Source: a virus (Duplodnaviria > Caudoviricetes). Taken from it: a DNA stretch of 53,802 bases. Below the pieces are notes generated by a model, which worked only from the letters and a program-made list of their open reading frames with translations, ran no database searches and was not told the DNA's origin. Position numbers and translations under genes: made by a program. The stretch is taken from IMG/VR virus record IMGVR_UViG_3300024344_000017, positions 1 to 53,802 of that record; one strand, given 5' to 3'. Shown one piece after another: positions 53,214 through 53,802 of the stretch. Each line of letters opens with the position of its first letter. Positions within the stretch are counted from its first letter, which is position 1.

Positions 53214-53802
53214 TTATCCAACCGCATCGTATATAGAAGAACCTAGACCGCTATGTATGACAAAAGGTGCATATAAACCTTTAATCTGTGGTGGCAATGG
53301 TTGAACAGCTTCATACATATCGCCTCTGTGTTCGTAAAGATAAGCAATGTGTTGTAGCATTCCCATTCTGATAGGTTCAGGCACAGTAAAACTATTAGTA
53401 TATCCTGCGACATAAACCACTTTTATTGCATTTGCTACTCTCAATGCTGTAGGAAATGTTTCGCCATTACGCAAAACTATTCTTGCAGGCTCTCTAACGC
53501 TATCAACATAGTATTTAGTACTTGCAAAGGTAGTTTCTGTATCTGCATCATTGAAAGTGCTAACAGATGTTACGCTTGTTACAGGTGATTTCGGTAAAAC
53601 TATCTTCCTTTTGTAGTAATTCAAGTATGGACCAGTTCTCCAACCTTCCCACAAAGGGTCTTGTGTATCGTCAAACCCATCTAGAAACAAAGTATATGTA
53701 GTAGGCATTAGCGTCCTACCTGTGTGTTCTTCTGCTGTTACTCTCGCTGTTTCAATAAAAGGTCTTATTACCCTTTCGTCTGTGCTATCTTCAACACGCA
53801 GA
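53214..53802 (-). CDS. Head-tail connector (HK97 gp6-like), C-terminal part; starts at 231 across the junction
   Basis: LP..PV.SV, V.Y.AGY, VP..I...L..IA..YE.R motifs. Confidence 0.88.
   Translation of the reverse strand, partial: LRVEDSTDERVIRPFIETARVTAEEHTGRTLMPTTYTLFLDGFDDTQDPLWEGWRTGPYLNYYKRKIVLPKSPVTSVTSVSTFNDADTETTFASTKYYVDSVREPARIVLRNGETFPTALRVANAIKVVYVAGYTNSFTVPEPIRMGMLQHIAYLYEHRGDMYEAVQPLPPQIKGLYAPFVIHSGLGSSIYDAVG
53640..53802. repeat. Terminal direct repeat / circular overlap, copy 2
   Basis: Matches 1-163 with one mismatch. Confidence 0.97.

Larger units (their letters stand above)
1..53802. mobile_element. Complete tailed dsDNA bacteriophage genome (siphovirus-type, HK97 capsid)
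   Basis: Terminase, portal, protease, capsid, neck, tail tube, tape measure, lysis and replication genes all present; ends overlap. Confidence 0.96.

Noticed and set aside
43883-53246. Plus-strand ORFs opposite the tail genes (e.g. 44156-44650, 50151-50789)
   Set aside because: Same antisense-shadow artefact
1-53802. tRNA, rRNA or other structured RNA genes
   Set aside because: Intergenic gaps are short and AT-rich; I saw no cloverleaf or T-loop signatures by eye (tRNAscan/Infernal not run)

Overview
An apparently complete, circularly permuted genome (~53.64 kb; bases 1-163 repeat at 53640-53802 with one synonymous mismatch) of an AT-rich tailed dsDNA phage with siphovirus architecture. Spanins and curli-secretion homologues indicate a Gram-negative host, probably aquatic. 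The minus strand carries the late genes: terminase, portal, HK97 protease and capsid, three tail fibres, a GTA/HK97-like neck and non-contractile tail with a -1 frameshifted chaperone, and a lysis module. The plus strand carries early, replication and recombination genes: HTH initiator with an internal ori-like region, Twinkle/T7-gp4-like primase-helicase, PD-(D/E)XK nucleases, Ref-like nuclease and ArdC. I saw no integrase, DNA polymerase, tRNA or CRISPR array. Two accessory systems stand out. (1) A coupled DNA-hypermodification operon (24371-29452): ParB-domain protein, TET/JBP dioxygenase, class II glutamine amidotransferase, amidoligase, GNAT, amino acid:DNA transferase (aGPT-Pplase-like) and P-loop kinase. 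It has no cytosine methylase or dUMP hydroxymethylase, which suggests a post-replicative route to a possibly new modified thymine. (2) A CsgF-CsgG-curlin-FecR-CHASE2 adenylate cyclase cassette (37382-42718) directly upstream of the lysis genes, resembling a phage-encoded trans-envelope cAMP signalling chain. Also seen: a 7-copy ATTCC-N5-GG(G/A)(T/A)T operator tied to sigma70 promoters and a Cro-like gene, strong GATC avoidance, and a probable branched receptor-binding system. All family calls come from motif recognition by eye, not database searches.
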